From the NCBI GenBank assembly GCA_937930165.1, contig CALGVL010000315.1, positions 1 through 41,560 on the forward strand: DNA of 41,560 nt, read 5' to 3'. Each line of letters starts with the position of its first letter. Position 1 is the first letter of the stretch. Source of the DNA: an uncultured Acetobacteraceae bacterium. GTDB taxonomy: Bacteria > Pseudomonadota > Alphaproteobacteria > Acetobacterales > Acetobacteraceae. The position numbers were made by a program, and so were the translations under genes. This document shows positions 8,598 through 18,565 of the stretch, one piece after another. The notes under the pieces were generated by a model. It had not been told where the DNA came from. It was given only the letters and a program-made list of their open reading frames with translations, and did not search any database.

Positions 8598-9185
8598 TCA
8601 CAGCCTGCCGGCCGGCGCCGCCGTATCCGGGCGCGGCGCGGCGTGGAGCAGGTCCAGCGCCTCCTCCACCCCGGCAGCCACGGTGAAGAGCCGGCGATGC
8701 GCCCTGCCCACGAAGCCCTGCTCGATCAGCGAATCAACCAGCGCCACGAAGGGCTGCGCCCAGCCGGCCACGTCCAGCAGGATGATCGGCTTGTCATGCA
8801 GGCCGAGCTGCCGCCAGGTGATGATCTCCACCGTCTCGTCCATGGTGCCGAGGCCGCCGGAGAGGGTGATGAAGGCGTCCGACAGCTCGAACATCCGCGT
8901 CTTGCGGGTGTGCATGCTGCTGGTGATCTCCAGCTCGGTCAGCGCGGGATAGGGGCGCTCCACCCGGGTCAGGAATTCCGGGATCACGCCGCGCACCCGG
9001 CCGCCCGCGCCCAGCGCGGCTTCTGCCACCAGGCCCATCAGCCCGATGCCGCCGCCGCCATAGACCAGCGTCAGCCCGGCGCGGGCGAGGCCCGCACCCA
9101 ATTGCCGAGCGGCCTCGGCATGGGCCGGGTCATTCCCGGGGCGGGTGCCGCAGAAGACGGCGACGGAACGAATATGCTTGGGCAT
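8598..9185 (-). CDS. LOG-family (TIGR00730) nucleotide 5'-monophosphate nucleosidase / cytokinin riboside 5'-monophosphate phosphoribohydrolase
   Basis: Track ORF 8598..9830 trimmed to ATG 9185. MPKHIRSVAVFCGTRPG...LVYGGGGIGLMG...LSGGLGTMDE (PGGxGTxxE-type motif). Confidence 0.88.
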   Translation of the reverse strand: MPKHIRSVAVFCGTRPGNDPAHAEAARQLGAGLARAGLTLVYGGGGIGLMGLVAEAALGAGGRVRGVIPEFLTRVERPYPALTELEITSSMHTRKTRMFELSDAFITLSGGLGTMDETVEIITWRQLGLHDKPIILLDVAGWAQPFVALVDSLIEQGFVGRAHRRLFTVAAGVEEALDLLHAAPRPDTAAPAGRL

Positions 9186-9302
9186 GGAATGCTCCTGGGA
9201 ATGTGGCGGCGGGCGCAGCCCGGCCGTTGCGATCCTGCCTTGCCAGGAAACGGGGTAGGCATGGCATGATTGCCGATACGGAACGCAAAGAGGTGAAATC
9301 GC

Positions 9303-9749
9303 ATGGGATTGCGGTTGTGGGTGGCGGCACTGGGCATTGTGGCGGTGGTGGGCACCGCCCTGGCCCAGGGGAGCGCGATGGGGGATGTGATCGCGCAGCG
9401 TCGCGCGGGCCTCAAGCGCATGAGCGGACATATGGATGCGATGAAGGCGGTGGTCGAATCCAAGGGGGATGTCCGGCCCCTGGCCGCCCGGCTGGACGAG
9501 ATGATCGCCTGGTACCGGGAGATGCCGGCGCTGTTCCCGCCCGGCTCCGATCGCGGCGACACCAAGGCGCTGCCCGCTGTCTGGAGCGATCGCGGCGGCT
9601 TCGAGACCGCGAACGCCAACCTGCTGCGACAGCTCGAAGTCCTGAAGGCCGCGGCCTCGGCCGGGGATACGGCAGGCTTCTCCACGGCCTTCCGGGCGAC
9701 CGGGCCGCAATTCTGCGGCGGCTGCCACCGCCAGTACCGGGCGCGCTGA
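9303..9749 (+). CDS. class II cytochrome c (cytochrome c'/c556 family)
   Basis: Signal peptide MGLRLWVAALGIVAVVGTALAQG. Four-helix-bundle length. Single CxxCH (CGGCH) near the C-terminus. SD AGAGGTGA. Confidence 0.8.
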   Translation: MGLRLWVAALGIVAVVGTALAQGSAMGDVIAQRRAGLKRMSGHMDAMKAVVESKGDVRPLAARLDEMIAWYREMPALFPPGSDRGDTKALPAVWSDRGGFETANANLLRQLEVLKAAASAGDTAGFSTAFRATGPQFCGGCHRQYRAR

Positions 9750-9768
9750 GCGCCCTGGCCGCCCGGCC

Positions 9769-10434
9769 TCAGCCCAGCCGGCTGATGCCGTAGACGAGGA
9801 GCGCCGCCGCGCCGAGCAGCGCGGCGGCATGCAGCGGGGAGCCCAGCCGGGGCGGCGTGGCCGTGGCGGGCAGGGGCTTGCGGCCGGTCAGCATCGGCCG
9901 CACTAGGTTCTGCCCCTTCAGCAGGGCATGGGCGGCCACCGCCAGGATGTGCAGCGAGGCCGCGGCCAGGATCAGCTTGAAATTGCGGTGGTGCAGGCCG
10001 GTGAGCCAGTCGCTCGTCTCCTCCGAGACGCTTTTCGCCAGCGGCCCGTAATCGCCATAGCCGGTATTGGCGAAGAGGCCGGTGAGTGGCTGCGCCAGCA
10101 GCAGCAGCAGCAGGATCAGCACCATCCAGCCGCCGGCCGGGTTGTGGCCGATCTCCGGTTCCAGCTCGCGCCGGCGGAATTCCCGCAGGTGCCGCAGCGC
10201 CGCCAGGGGCGAGCGCAGGAACTGGCTGAACCGCGCCGTGTCGGAGCCGACGAAGCCCCAGCCGATGCGGAACAGGACCAGGGCGAGGATCGTGTAGCCG
10301 CTGAGATAGTGGAGCTGCATGCGGCCGGTCTGGATGCTCCACCAGGACAGGCCGAGCAGCAGGACGATCGACCAGTGGACCAGCCGGACCCAGCCATCCC
10401 AGACCTTCACCTGCCGTATCGGCTGCCCCTCCAT
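9769..10434 (-). CDS. cytochrome b561-family (CybB / Ni-Fe hydrogenase b-type cytochrome-like) membrane protein
   Basis: Track ORF 9769..11268 trimmed to ATG 10434. VRLVHWSIVLLL...HNPAGGWMV...LHHRNFKLILAAASLHILAV: four TM helices with conserved His ligands. Confidence 0.8.
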   Translation of the reverse strand: MEGQPIRQVKVWDGWVRLVHWSIVLLLGLSWWSIQTGRMQLHYLSGYTILALVLFRIGWGFVGSDTARFSQFLRSPLAALRHLREFRRRELEPEIGHNPAGGWMVLILLLLLLAQPLTGLFANTGYGDYGPLAKSVSEETSDWLTGLHHRNFKLILAAASLHILAVAAHALLKGQNLVRPMLTGRKPLPATATPPRLGSPLHAAALLGAAALLVYGISRLG

Positions 10435-10516
10435 ACAATCCCCCGCGCCTGAGTCACCGTGGCGTAAAATAACGACTGGCGATGCGGCCGCGAACCGTTT
10501 GCGGCAGCATCGGGCC

Positions 10517-11293
10517 ATGCATCTCGATTCGCTCCTGCCCTGGAAGGGCGCCGCGGCGGCCCTGGTGGCGGCCCTGCTCTGGGCTGGCCTGCTGCGGCTG
10601 ATCGGCCGCCGCGACTTGGCCGCGCTGGGGGCCGGGGCCGGGCTGGCCCTGGGCTGGGTGATGATCCTCGGCCTGCCGGTAGCCTCGCCCCGGCAACTGG
10701 CGGAGCGCCTGCCGGCGCTGGCCCTGGCCGGGCTGATCGCCGGGCTGGTGCTGACGCTGTTCGGCCGGGGGCGGGCCTGGCTGGTCGGCGGCGTGGGGCT
10801 GGCGGTGCTGGGGGCAGGCTGGTGGCTGGCGGGCGCGCCGCTCGATGCCGCCGATCTGCGCCGCAGCGCCCTGCCGCTGCTGGCGCTGGTCCTGCTGGTC
10901 GCGGCGCTGCTGGAGGCATCCTCCCCGGCCCGTGCCGGCTTCGCCGCGGCGCTGTTGCTGGCGGGACTATGGATATCGGCGCCCTTCGGTCCCTGGCTGC
11001 TGCTGGCCGCAGCGGCGCTGGCGGCGGCGCTCGGCGGCTTCGCGGGCGGCGGGGCCTGGGGCCTGGCCGCATCCCTGCCGCTGGCGGCCGGGCTGGCCGG
11101 GCTGGCGGCGGGGCCGGTGCTGGCACGCGGCGCGGCGGGGGACTGGCTGACCGCGGCGGCGCCGCTCGCGGCACTCTGGCTCGGCCCGGCGCTGGGGGCG
11201 AGGCTGGGCGGCCGTTTCGCGCCGCTGCTCGGCCCGGCGCTTGCAGGCGGAACGCCCTTGCTCTTCAAATGGCTGCTGCTGCGCGGACTGTGA
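10517..11293 (+). CDS. hypothetical polytopic membrane protein (Ala/Leu/Gly-rich)
   Basis: Track ORF 10319..11293 trimmed to ATG 10517. High third-position GC in this frame. Multiple hydrophobic spans. No family recognised. Confidence 0.5.
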   Translation: MHLDSLLPWKGAAAALVAALLWAGLLRLIGRRDLAALGAGAGLALGWVMILGLPVASPRQLAERLPALALAGLIAGLVLTLFGRGRAWLVGGVGLAVLGAGWWLAGAPLDAADLRRSALPLLALVLLVAALLEASSPARAGFAAALLLAGLWISAPFGPWLLLAAAALAAALGGFAGGGAWGLAASLPLAAGLAGLAAGPVLARGAAGDWLTAAAPLAALWLGPALGARLGGRFAPLLGPALAGGTPLLFKWLLLRGL

Positions 11294-11338
11294 TCTGTCT
11301 CTTGTGGTGCAACCGAGTCCGCGCCTAATTACGCGGAT

Positions 11339-12463
11339 ATGATGGAGACGGGGATCGCGCGGCGAGTCGGCCTGTTCGGTCTGATCGCGGTGGCCGCGGT
11401 CGGTACTGCCTGGGCCTTGCTGCCTGAGGCGCTCCCCATCTTCCGCTCTCCGCCCGCGGGCGAAACCGGCAATGCCCGGTCGCCCCCGGCCGCCGGCCCC
11501 GCGACGACTGCCTCCCCGGCTCCGCAGCAGCAACCCGCCACGCAGCCGGTGCCCGAGCCGCCGCGCTTCGATGTCGCGCGCGTGGGGGCTCGCGGCATGC
11601 TGGTCACCGCCGGACGGGCGGCGCCGGGCGCGGAGGTGATCCTGCTGGAAGGCGATCGGGAGCTGGGCCGCGCCCGTGCCGATGCGCGCGGCGAATGGGT
11701 GATCCTGCCGGGCGAGCCGCTGGCTCCCGGGGCGCGCGAGCTGGCGCTGCGGGCCAGCAACCCGGGCCAGGATCCGGTGCCGGGGCGGGAGACCGTGCTG
11801 CTGGTGGTGCCGGAGCAGCCGGTGACCATGGCGCAGGATTCGGCGGTAGGCGGACGGGGCCTCGGCGATCCGGCCGCCACGGGCGAGCCGGCGTCCGGGC
11901 CGCTTGCGGTGCTGCTGCCACCCGTCAGCTCCGGCGGCGCCGGGCCGCGCGTCCTGCAGGGCGCGCCGCCGGCGGAGGCGGCCGGGCGGCGGGGGCTTGG
12001 CCTGGATGTCGTGGATTACGACGATGCCGGGGGGATTCGTTTCGCCGGTAGCGCCGCGCCGGGGGCGACGGTGCGGCTCTATGTCGGGGAGGCGCATGTC
12101 GGCGATGCGGTGGCGGATGCCTCCGGCCGCTGGCAGCTCACCCCAGAGGAACAGCCGAGGCTCGGCCGCCATACCCTGCGGCTGGACCAATTGGCGGCCT
12201 CCGGCACGGTGGCGGCGCGGATTGAAGTGCCCTTCCAGCGCGACCGCATGCCCGAGGCCCTGGTGCAAAACGGGCGGGTCGTGGTGCAGCCCGGCTACAG
12301 CCTGTGGCGCATCGCCCGTGCCGCCTATGGCCAGGGGGTGCGCTACACGGTGATCTACCAGGCCAATCGTGGGCAGATCCGCGATCCGGAGCTGATCTAT
12401 CCTGGTCAGGTCTTCACCGTGCCGGAGGAGGCTCCGCAGGCGGAGTCCAGCCGGTCCAGATAG
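11339..12463 (+). CDS. LysM peptidoglycan-binding protein with two Ig-like repeats
   Basis: N-terminal TM anchor and a Pro-rich linker. Two similar about 65-aa repeats (RFDVARVG...ADARGEWVILPGE... and RFAGSAAPGATVRLYVG...ADASGRWQLTPEE...). C-terminal LysM (VVQPGYSLWRIARAAYGQGVRYTVIYQANRGQIRDPELIYPGQVFTVP). Confidence 0.8.
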   Translation: MMETGIARRVGLFGLIAVAAVGTAWALLPEALPIFRSPPAGETGNARSPPAAGPATTASPAPQQQPATQPVPEPPRFDVARVGARGMLVTAGRAAPGAEVILLEGDRELGRARADARGEWVILPGEPLAPGARELALRASNPGQDPVPGRETVLLVVPEQPVTMAQDSAVGGRGLGDPAATGEPASGPLAVLLPPVSSGGAGPRVLQGAPPAEAAGRRGLGLDVVDYDDAGGIRFAGSAAPGATVRLYVGEAHVGDAVADASGRWQLTPEEQPRLGRHTLRLDQLAASGTVAARIEVPFQRDRMPEALVQNGRVVVQPGYSLWRIARAAYGQGVRYTVIYQANRGQIRDPELIYPGQVFTVPEEAPQAESSRSR

Positions 12464-12831
12464 GGGTCCAGCGCCAGGGCGAAGCGGACCATGCCGGTGA
12501 TCAGCGCGGTCGCGGTCGGCGGCGAGGCGAAGGGGGCGGCGGTTTCCAGGCGGATCCGGTGGTCCGGCAGCAGACTGAGGCGCCAGCCGGGCGGCAGGCT
12601 GCGCGGCAGCGCGGCCAGGGTGGCGAAGGCGCCGGTCCGGTCGGCGCCCGGCTCGGCGGTGGAAGGGATGCGGGCGGCGATGGCCGTCAGGCGCAAGGCA
12701 TCGCCGGTGAATTCGGCCTCGCAGCGCCGGCCGCGCCAGGCGAAGCGCAGGGCGGGACGTAGCCCGGCCTCCCGGAGCTGTAGGACCCCATCCGGGGCAA
12801 CGGTGAAGGGACCGAGGGTGATGGGCGGCAT
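12406..12831 (-). CDS. hypothetical protein
   Basis: Track ORF 12406..13260 trimmed to ATG 12831 (MPPITLGPFTVAPDG...). Strong GC3 bias in this frame. The competing + ORF 12491..12862 is Arg-rich noise. The 3' end overlaps the LysM gene by 58 nt. Confidence 0.45.
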   Translation of the reverse strand: MPPITLGPFTVAPDGVLQLREAGLRPALRFAWRGRRCEAEFTGDALRLTAIAARIPSTAEPGADRTGAFATLAALPRSLPPGWRLSLLPDHRIRLETAAPFASPPTATALITGMVRFALALDPYLDRLDSACGASSGTVKT

Positions 12832-12882
12832 GGCAGGGGCAAGGGTTGCCCGGCTGGGATGAACACACCATAAACCCGCACC

Positions 12883-13578
12883 ATGGCGATCGGACGCAGT
12901 CTGCGGCTGGTGCTGGCCCCGCCGCATCCGGCGGGCCGGCCCTTCATCATCGGCGGTGTGGTGGTGGCGGTCCTCGGGGGGCTGCTCCTGGGGGCCTGGG
13001 CCTTCTGGCTCGGCTTCGTCTTTACCTGCTTCTGCCTGTATTTCTTCCGCGACCCGGAACGGGTGCCGCCGGGCCGGCCCGGCCTGGTGCTGGCCCCGGC
13101 CGACGGCAAGGTGGTGAGCGTGATGCCGGCCGTGCCGCCGGAGGAGCTTGGCCTCGGCCCGAAGCCGCGCTGGCGGGTGGCGATCTTCCTCTCGGTTCTG
13201 GACGTGCATGTGAACCGCGTGCCTGCCGACGGCACGGTGACGCGCATCGCCTACCGGCACGGCGCCTTCGTGAACGCCTCATTGGACAAGGCCAGCGAGG
13301 ACAATGAGCGCAACGCCATCGCCCTCCGCCTGCCGGATGGGAGCGACATGGCGGTGGTGCAGATCGCCGGGCTGATCGCGCGGCGCATCCTGTGCGATAT
13401 CCGGGAGGGTGAAACCGTGCTGGCCGGCCAGCGCTTCGGCATCATCCGCTTCGGCAGCCGCACCGATGTCTACCTGCCGGAAGGCGTGCGGCCGCTGGTG
13501 GCGGAGGGCCAGACCATGATCGGCGGCGAGACGGTGATCGCGGATCTCACGACAGGGCACAGCCCGGCGCAGACATGA
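12883..13578 (+). CDS. psd: phosphatidylserine decarboxylase proenzyme (short type)
   Basis: N-terminal membrane anchor. FRDPERVPP...[10 protein letters not shown]...[12 protein letters not shown], with the GS self-cleavage site. Confidence 0.9.
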   Translation: MAIGRSLRLVLAPPHPAGRPFIIGGVVVAVLGGLLLGAWAFWLGFVFTCFCLYFFRDPERVPPGRPGLVLAPADGKVVSVMPAVPPEELGLGPKPRWRVAIFLSVLDVHVNRVPADGTVTRIAYRHGAFVNASLDKASEDNERNAIALRLPDGSDMAVVQIAGLIARRILCDIREGETVLAGQRFGIIRFGSRTDVYLPEGVRPLVAEGQTMIGGETVIADLTTGHSPAQT

Positions 13579-14516
13579 GCATGCAGGATGACAGCCGGGC
13601 GAACGCGCCCGGCCCCGGCCAGCCCCGCGCCCCCGGCTTCCGCGGCCGGCTGCGCCGCTTCCGCCCGCGCACCCGGCCGCGCTATCAGGGGCCGTCCTTC
13701 AACCGGCTGATTCCCAACATCCTGACCATGCTCGGCCTCTGCGCCGGGCTCACCGCCATCCGCTTCGCCATGGAAGCGCGCTGGGAGCAGGCGGCGGCGC
13801 TGATCGTGGTAGCGGGGGCGATCGACGGGCTCGACGGCCGCCTGGCGCGGCTGCTGAAGGGCACCTCGCGCTTCGGCGCGGAATTCGACAGCCTTTCGGA
13901 CTTCCTCTGCTTCGGCGTGGCGCCAGCGCTGACCCTGTATCTTTGGACCATGCATGAGGCGCGGGGGCTGGGCTATGCGCCCTGCCTGCTCTTCGCCGTC
14001 TGCTCGGCGCTGCGGCTGGCGCGGTTCAACGCCTCGATCAGCGATGCGCCGGCGGTGCCCCTGGCCGGGCCGCCGCCGAAGCCGGCCTATGCGCAGAGCT
14101 TCTTCACCGGCGTTCCGGCACCTGCCGGGGCGGGGCTGGCCTTGTTCCCGCTCTTCGCCTCGCTCGCCTTCCAGGAATGGAACTGGACGATGCTGGCCGG
14201 CGGCATGCAGCATCCGGTGGTATGCGGCGTGGTGCTGGTGCTGTCCGGCGCGCTGATGATCTCCACCCTGCCGACCTGGAGCTTCAAGAATTTCAAGGTG
14301 CCGTCGGAGCTGGTGCTGCCGCTGCTGCTCGGCGTCGGCGTCTATGTCGCCGTGCTGCTGACCGAGCCCTGGGCGGCGCTTGCGGCGGCCGGGCTGATCT
14401 ACGGCATCATGCTGCCCTTCTCCGTCCGCAGCTACGCGCGCCTGAAGCGCGAGGCGGAGGCGAGGCTGGAACCCATGGTGGTTTCCGACCAGGCCAGTCG
14501 CGGCGACGCCGCCTGA
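13575..14516 (+). CDS. pssA: CDP-diacylglycerol--serine O-phosphatidyltransferase
   Basis: ATGA overlap with the psd stop. CDP-alcohol phosphatidyltransferase motif [26 protein letters not shown]. Confidence 0.9.
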   Translation: MSMQDDSRANAPGPGQPRAPGFRGRLRRFRPRTRPRYQGPSFNRLIPNILTMLGLCAGLTAIRFAMEARWEQAAALIVVAGAIDGLDGRLARLLKGTSRFGAEFDSLSDFLCFGVAPALTLYLWTMHEARGLGYAPCLLFAVCSALRLARFNASISDAPAVPLAGPPPKPAYAQSFFTGVPAPAGAGLALFPLFASLAFQEWNWTMLAGGMQHPVVCGVVLVLSGALMISTLPTWSFKNFKVPSELVLPLLLGVGVYVAVLLTEPWAALAAAGLIYGIMLPFSVRSYARLKREAEARLEPMVVSDQASRGDAA

Positions 14517-14711
14517 TCACGGCGGCGCGAGCCCCCCTCTCATCCCATCGGCAGGAATCCAGGCTTGGCCGCAGCCCGGCGGACCGGGGCCTGTCCTGCC
14601 GGGCCGGTGCTTCACGCCCTCGCCGTTTCCGCCCAGGGCGATCGCGGGCTAAGCTTCCGCTCAACGCGGCGGCGCAACCGCGCGCGGCATAACGAAGCTG
14701 GAGGGGCGTGC

Positions 14712-15995
14712 ATGAAGCTGATGTGGTTTCACCTGATGCCCTATACCGAGCTGCCGGAGGACTTCCGGGCGAAGCACCCTTCGGTATGGGTGGACATCCA
14801 CAGCTCGCTCTTCGATCCGCGGCGGGCGCACCACATGTACAACGACTTCATGGACGAGCTGGAATTCGCGGCGGATTGCGGCTTCGACGCGATCTGCGTG
14901 AACGAGCACCACTCGAACGGCTACGGGCTGATGCCCTCGCCCAATCTGATTGCCGCCGCGCTCGCCCGGCGCACCACCTCGGTGCCACTCTGCGTCATGG
15001 GCAACAGCCTGGCGCTCTACAACCCGCCGACCCGGGTGGCGGAGGAATTCGCCATGCTGGACGTGATCTCGGGCGGGCGGCTCATCGCCGGCTTTCCGGT
15101 CGGCACGCCGATGGACACCTGCTTTGCCTATGGCCAGAACCCGTCACAGTTGCGCGAGCGCTACCATGAGGCGCATGACCTGGTGCTGCGCGCCTGGACC
15201 GAGCCGGACACCTTCGCCTTCAACGGCCGCTTCAACCAGCAGCGCTATGTGAACATCTGGCCGCGCCCGATCCAGAAGCCGCATCCGCCGATCTGGATCC
15301 CGGGCGGCGGCTCGGTCGAGACCTGGCAGTGGTGCGCCGAGCGCGACTATGTCTACTGCTACCTGTCCTACTACGGCTACAAGGCCGGCAAAGCCACCAT
15401 GGACGGCTTCTGGGCCGAAATGGACAGGCTGGGGAAGGACCGCAACCCCTATCGCGCGGGCTTCGCTCAGGTGGTCGGCGTGGCGGAGACGCGCGAGCAG
15501 GCGATCGAGCTCTACACCCGGCCCGCCGAGTATTTCTTCGGCCGCTGCCTGCATGTGGATCCGCGCTTCGCGGCGCCGCCGGGCTACAGCACCGAAGCGA
15601 CGCAGCGCGCCGGCATCGAGAGCATGGTGAGGCGGGCCGCCAACGCCCAGTCGCTGATCGCCGCCGACAAGATGAAGAAGGCGACCGCCAAGGCGATCAC
15701 CATGGAGGAGATCGTCGAGCGCGGCTATGTCGTCATCGGCTCCCCGGACGAGGTGGTGGAGCAGCTCACGCAGCTCGCGCAGGACCTGAATGTCGGCCAT
15801 CTCATGCTGCTGATGCAGTTCGGCGACATGGACAAGGCGCTGACGCAGTACAACACCCGGCTCTTCGCCGAGAAGGTCATGCCGCGGCTGCAGCCCCTGT
15901 TCGCCGATTGGGAGGACCGCTGGTGGCCACGGCCGATGCGGGAGGAGGAGCGCGCCCCGCTGCCCGCCTTCCCGCCGCGGCTGGCCGCGGAATAG
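14712..15995 (+). CDS. LLM-class (luciferase-like) flavin-dependent monooxygenase/oxidoreductase
   Basis: Track ORF 14565..15995 trimmed to ATG 14712 (SD GGAGGGG). MKLMWFHLMPY...ICVNEHHSNGYG...GGRLIAGFPVG: TIM-barrel LLM hallmarks. Confidence 0.8.
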   Translation: MKLMWFHLMPYTELPEDFRAKHPSVWVDIHSSLFDPRRAHHMYNDFMDELEFAADCGFDAICVNEHHSNGYGLMPSPNLIAAALARRTTSVPLCVMGNSLALYNPPTRVAEEFAMLDVISGGRLIAGFPVGTPMDTCFAYGQNPSQLRERYHEAHDLVLRAWTEPDTFAFNGRFNQQRYVNIWPRPIQKPHPPIWIPGGGSVETWQWCAERDYVYCYLSYYGYKAGKATMDGFWAEMDRLGKDRNPYRAGFAQVVGVAETREQAIELYTRPAEYFFGRCLHVDPRFAAPPGYSTEATQRAGIESMVRRAANAQSLIAADKMKKATAKAITMEEIVERGYVVIGSPDEVVEQLTQLAQDLNVGHLMLLMQFGDMDKALTQYNTRLFAEKVMPRLQPLFADWEDRWWPRPMREEERAPLPAFPPRLAAE

Positions 15996-16033
15996 CGGAA
16001 CGCCGGACGTCCAGGAAAAAATCGGAGCGCAGC

Positions 16034-16816
16034 GTGAGCGAACCGGAAACCGCGACCGTTGACATCAACGGCTTCCAGACGCGCATCTGGCGCAAGGGCA
16101 GCGGCCCCGCCATCGGCTTCCTCGCCGGTTTCGGCGGGCTGCCGCGCTGGGTGCCCTTCCTCGACCGGCTGGCCGAGAAGCGCACCGTCATCGTGCCATC
16201 GCTGCCCGGCTTTCCGGGTGGGGATCGCGGCCATACCGTTCTGGACAGCCATCTCGACTGGCTGCTGGCGGTGCGGCAGTTGCTGGTCGCGGCGGGGCTG
16301 GAGGGGGCGGATCTGGCCGGCAGTTCCGTCGGCGCCTCCTTCGCCGCGGAGATGGCGGCGCTCTGGCCGCAATCGGTGCGCCGCCTGGCGCTGATCGCAC
16401 CCTTTGGCCTGTTCGAGGAAAGCGATCCGCCCACCGACCCCTGGGCGCAAAGGGCAGATGTGCTGCCCGGCCTGATGACCGCCGATCCGGAGATCTGGAA
16501 GGCGCTGAAGGCACCGCCGGAGGGCGCCAATTCCGTCGAATGGCCGATCGAGCAGACCCGCGCGGCGGAGGCAGCGGCGCGCATCTTCTGGCCGCTCGGC
16601 AATACGCGGCTGGAGAAGCGGTTGCCGCTGGTAAAGGCGCCGACCTTGCTGCTCTGGGGCGAGAAGGACGCCATCATGCCGCGCAGCTATGCGAAGCGCA
16701 TCGCCGAACGGCTCGGCGGGCTGAATGAGACGCGCATCATCCAGGGCGCCGGGCATCTCGCTGAGCTGGACCAGCCGGACGAGGTGGCGCGCGCGATCCT
16801 CGACTGGTGCGCTTGA
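16034..16816 (+). CDS. alpha/beta-fold hydrolase
   Basis: Tail of track ORF 15329..16816. GTG 16034 with GGAG 7 nt upstream. Nucleophile elbow GSSVG, late Asp (GEKD) and His (GAGHL). Confidence 0.75.
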   Translation: MSEPETATVDINGFQTRIWRKGSGPAIGFLAGFGGLPRWVPFLDRLAEKRTVIVPSLPGFPGGDRGHTVLDSHLDWLLAVRQLLVAAGLEGADLAGSSVGASFAAEMAALWPQSVRRLALIAPFGLFEESDPPTDPWAQRADVLPGLMTADPEIWKALKAPPEGANSVEWPIEQTRAAEAAARIFWPLGNTRLEKRLPLVKAPTLLLWGEKDAIMPRSYAKRIAERLGGLNETRIIQGAGHLAELDQPDEVARAILDWCA

Positions 16817-16829
16817 TAAGGAGGGACCC

Positions 16830-17777
16830 ATGCCGCTCGATCCTGGCGCCCGGCGCGTCATCGAACTGATCCGCGAGATCGGCCGCCCGCCGCTGCACAC
16901 GCTGACGCCGGAGGAGGCGCGGAAAGCCTATACCGGCTCCCGCACCGTGCTGCAGCCCGAGCCGCCGGAAGTGGCGGAGGTCGAGGACCTGTCCTGCCCC
17001 GGCCCGGGTGGCTCGATCCGGCTGCGCCGCTACCGTGGTGCCGGCACGGATGCCAGGGCGGCGCTGCCCTGCCTGCTCTTCCTGCATGGCGGCGGCTGGG
17101 TGATCGGCGATCTGGAGAGCCATGACCAGGTCTGCCGCACCCTGGCGAATTACGCGGGCTGCTGCGTCATCGCCGTGGACTACCGGCTGTCGCCGGAGCA
17201 CAAATTCCCGGCGGCGGTGGAGGATGCCGCCGCGGCGCTGCGCTTCGTCGCCGCCGAGGCGGAGCGGCTGCGCATTGACCCGGCACGCATCGCGGTCGGC
17301 GGCGACAGCGCCGGCGGCAGCCTTTCCGCCGTACTGGCGCTGATGGGGCGGGATGGTGATGTGCCCAATCCCTGCTTCCAAATGCTGCTCTACCCCTCCA
17401 CGGATCTTGCCGGCAGCAAGCCGGCCTATCAGCGCTTCACCGATGGCTATCCGCTGGTCACCGTGACCATGCGCTGGTTCGTGGACCACTATCTCGACAA
17501 TCCGCGGCAGCGGCTGGACTGGCGCGGCTCGCCGCTGCGCGCGCCGAGCCTGGAGGGCGTGGCGCCGGCCTATGTGCTGACGGTGGGGCACGACCCGCTG
17601 GTGGATGAGGGCATCGCCTATGCCCGGAGGCTGGAGGAGGAGGACGTGCCGGTGACGCATGTGCACATGGCCGACCAGATGCACGGCTTCCTGACCATGG
17701 GCCGCTTCATCACCGCCGCGGATCTGGCACTGCAGCAGGCGGCGGCGGCACTGCGCCACGCCTTCGCGCGGGGCTGA
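16830..17777 (+). CDS. alpha/beta hydrolase fold-3 esterase/lipase (HSL family)
   Basis: ATG 16830 preceded by AAGGAGGGA. Oxyanion motif HGGGW, nucleophile GDSAGG, and DPLVDE and His (MHGF) near the C-terminus. Confidence 0.85.
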   Translation: MPLDPGARRVIELIREIGRPPLHTLTPEEARKAYTGSRTVLQPEPPEVAEVEDLSCPGPGGSIRLRRYRGAGTDARAALPCLLFLHGGGWVIGDLESHDQVCRTLANYAGCCVIAVDYRLSPEHKFPAAVEDAAAALRFVAAEAERLRIDPARIAVGGDSAGGSLSAVLALMGRDGDVPNPCFQMLLYPSTDLAGSKPAYQRFTDGYPLVTVTMRWFVDHYLDNPRQRLDWRGSPLRAPSLEGVAPAYVLTVGHDPLVDEGIAYARRLEEEDVPVTHVHMADQMHGFLTMGRFITAADLALQQAAAALRHAFARG

Positions 17778-17782
17778 GGCGC

Positions 17783-18550
17783 ATGGCGGGATTGCTGGAG
17801 GGCAAGTCGGCGCTGGTGACCGGCGCCGGCTCGGGCATCGGCCGCGCCACGGCGCTGGCCTTCGCGCGGGAAGGGGCCTGGGTGGCGGTGGCCGACCTCT
17901 CGCTGGAAGCGGCGCAGGAAACCGCTACCCTGGTGGAGCAGGCCGGCGGTCAGGCCGTGGCCATCGCAGCCGATGTCAGCGACGAGGCAGCGGTGGAGGC
18001 GATGGTGCAGGCCGCGGTCAACGCCTTCGGCGGCCTGGATTGCGCCTTCAACAACGCAGGTATCGCCCCCGCCGCGGCCGGGGCCTCCATGCAGAAGGCA
18101 TGCGACATCACACCGGAAGCCTGGGAGCGGATCCTGGCCGTGAACCTGACCGGCGTGTGGCGCTGCATGCGGCATGAGGTGGCGCAGATGCGCCGGCAGG
18201 GCGGCGGCGCCATCGTCAACACCGCCTCGATCGGCGGTCTGGTAGGGTTGCCCTTTTCCTCTGCCTACACGGTCAGCAAGCATGGCGTAGTGGGGCTGAC
18301 GCGGGTGGCGGCGGCCGACTACGCTGCGGACAATATCCGCGTCAACGCCGTCTGCCCCGGCTATGTCGAGACGCCGATGACCGAGGAGACGCTGAGCCAG
18401 CGCGGTGAGCGCATCCTGGCCCGCGTGCCCATGCAGCGGCCGGGCCGGCCGGAGGAGGTGGCGGAGGCGGTGGTCTGGATGTGCTCCGACCGCGCCTCCT
18501 TCGTCACCGGCGCCGCCTGGACGGTGGATGGCGGCTACACCGCCATCTGA
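17783..18550 (+). CDS. SDR-family oxidoreductase (classical short-chain dehydrogenase)
   Basis: [10 protein letters not shown] cofactor motif, NNAG, and catalytic S...YTVSK. Starts 5 nt after the esterase stop. Confidence 0.88.
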   Translation: MAGLLEGKSALVTGAGSGIGRATALAFAREGAWVAVADLSLEAAQETATLVEQAGGQAVAIAADVSDEAAVEAMVQAAVNAFGGLDCAFNNAGIAPAAAGASMQKACDITPEAWERILAVNLTGVWRCMRHEVAQMRRQGGGAIVNTASIGGLVGLPFSSAYTVSKHGVVGLTRVAAADYAADNIRVNAVCPGYVETPMTEETLSQRGERILARVPMQRPGRPEEVAEAVVWMCSDRASFVTGAAWTVDGGYTAI

Positions 18551-18565
18551 CCGCCCCGGCATGGA

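Noticed and set aside
9186-9302. FNR/NnrR/Dnr-type box (TTG-N8-CAA) upstream of cytochrome c'.
   Set aside because: Only half-site-like TTGCG/TTGCC and CGCAA elements with the wrong spacing (N9/N13) are present.
10096-10113. (CAG)6 trinucleotide repeat as a possible slipped-strand contingency locus.
   Set aside because: It lies in frame inside the cytochrome b gene and simply encodes a Leu run (LLLLLL) of a TM helix on the minus strand. Unit changes would stay in frame.
9769-11268. 499-aa version of the cytochrome b ORF with a 278-aa Ala/Pro/Ser-rich N-terminal extension.
   Set aside because: The extension is low-complexity and overlaps the opposite-strand membrane gene. The cytochrome b561-like sequence begins at the internal Met (ATG 10434).
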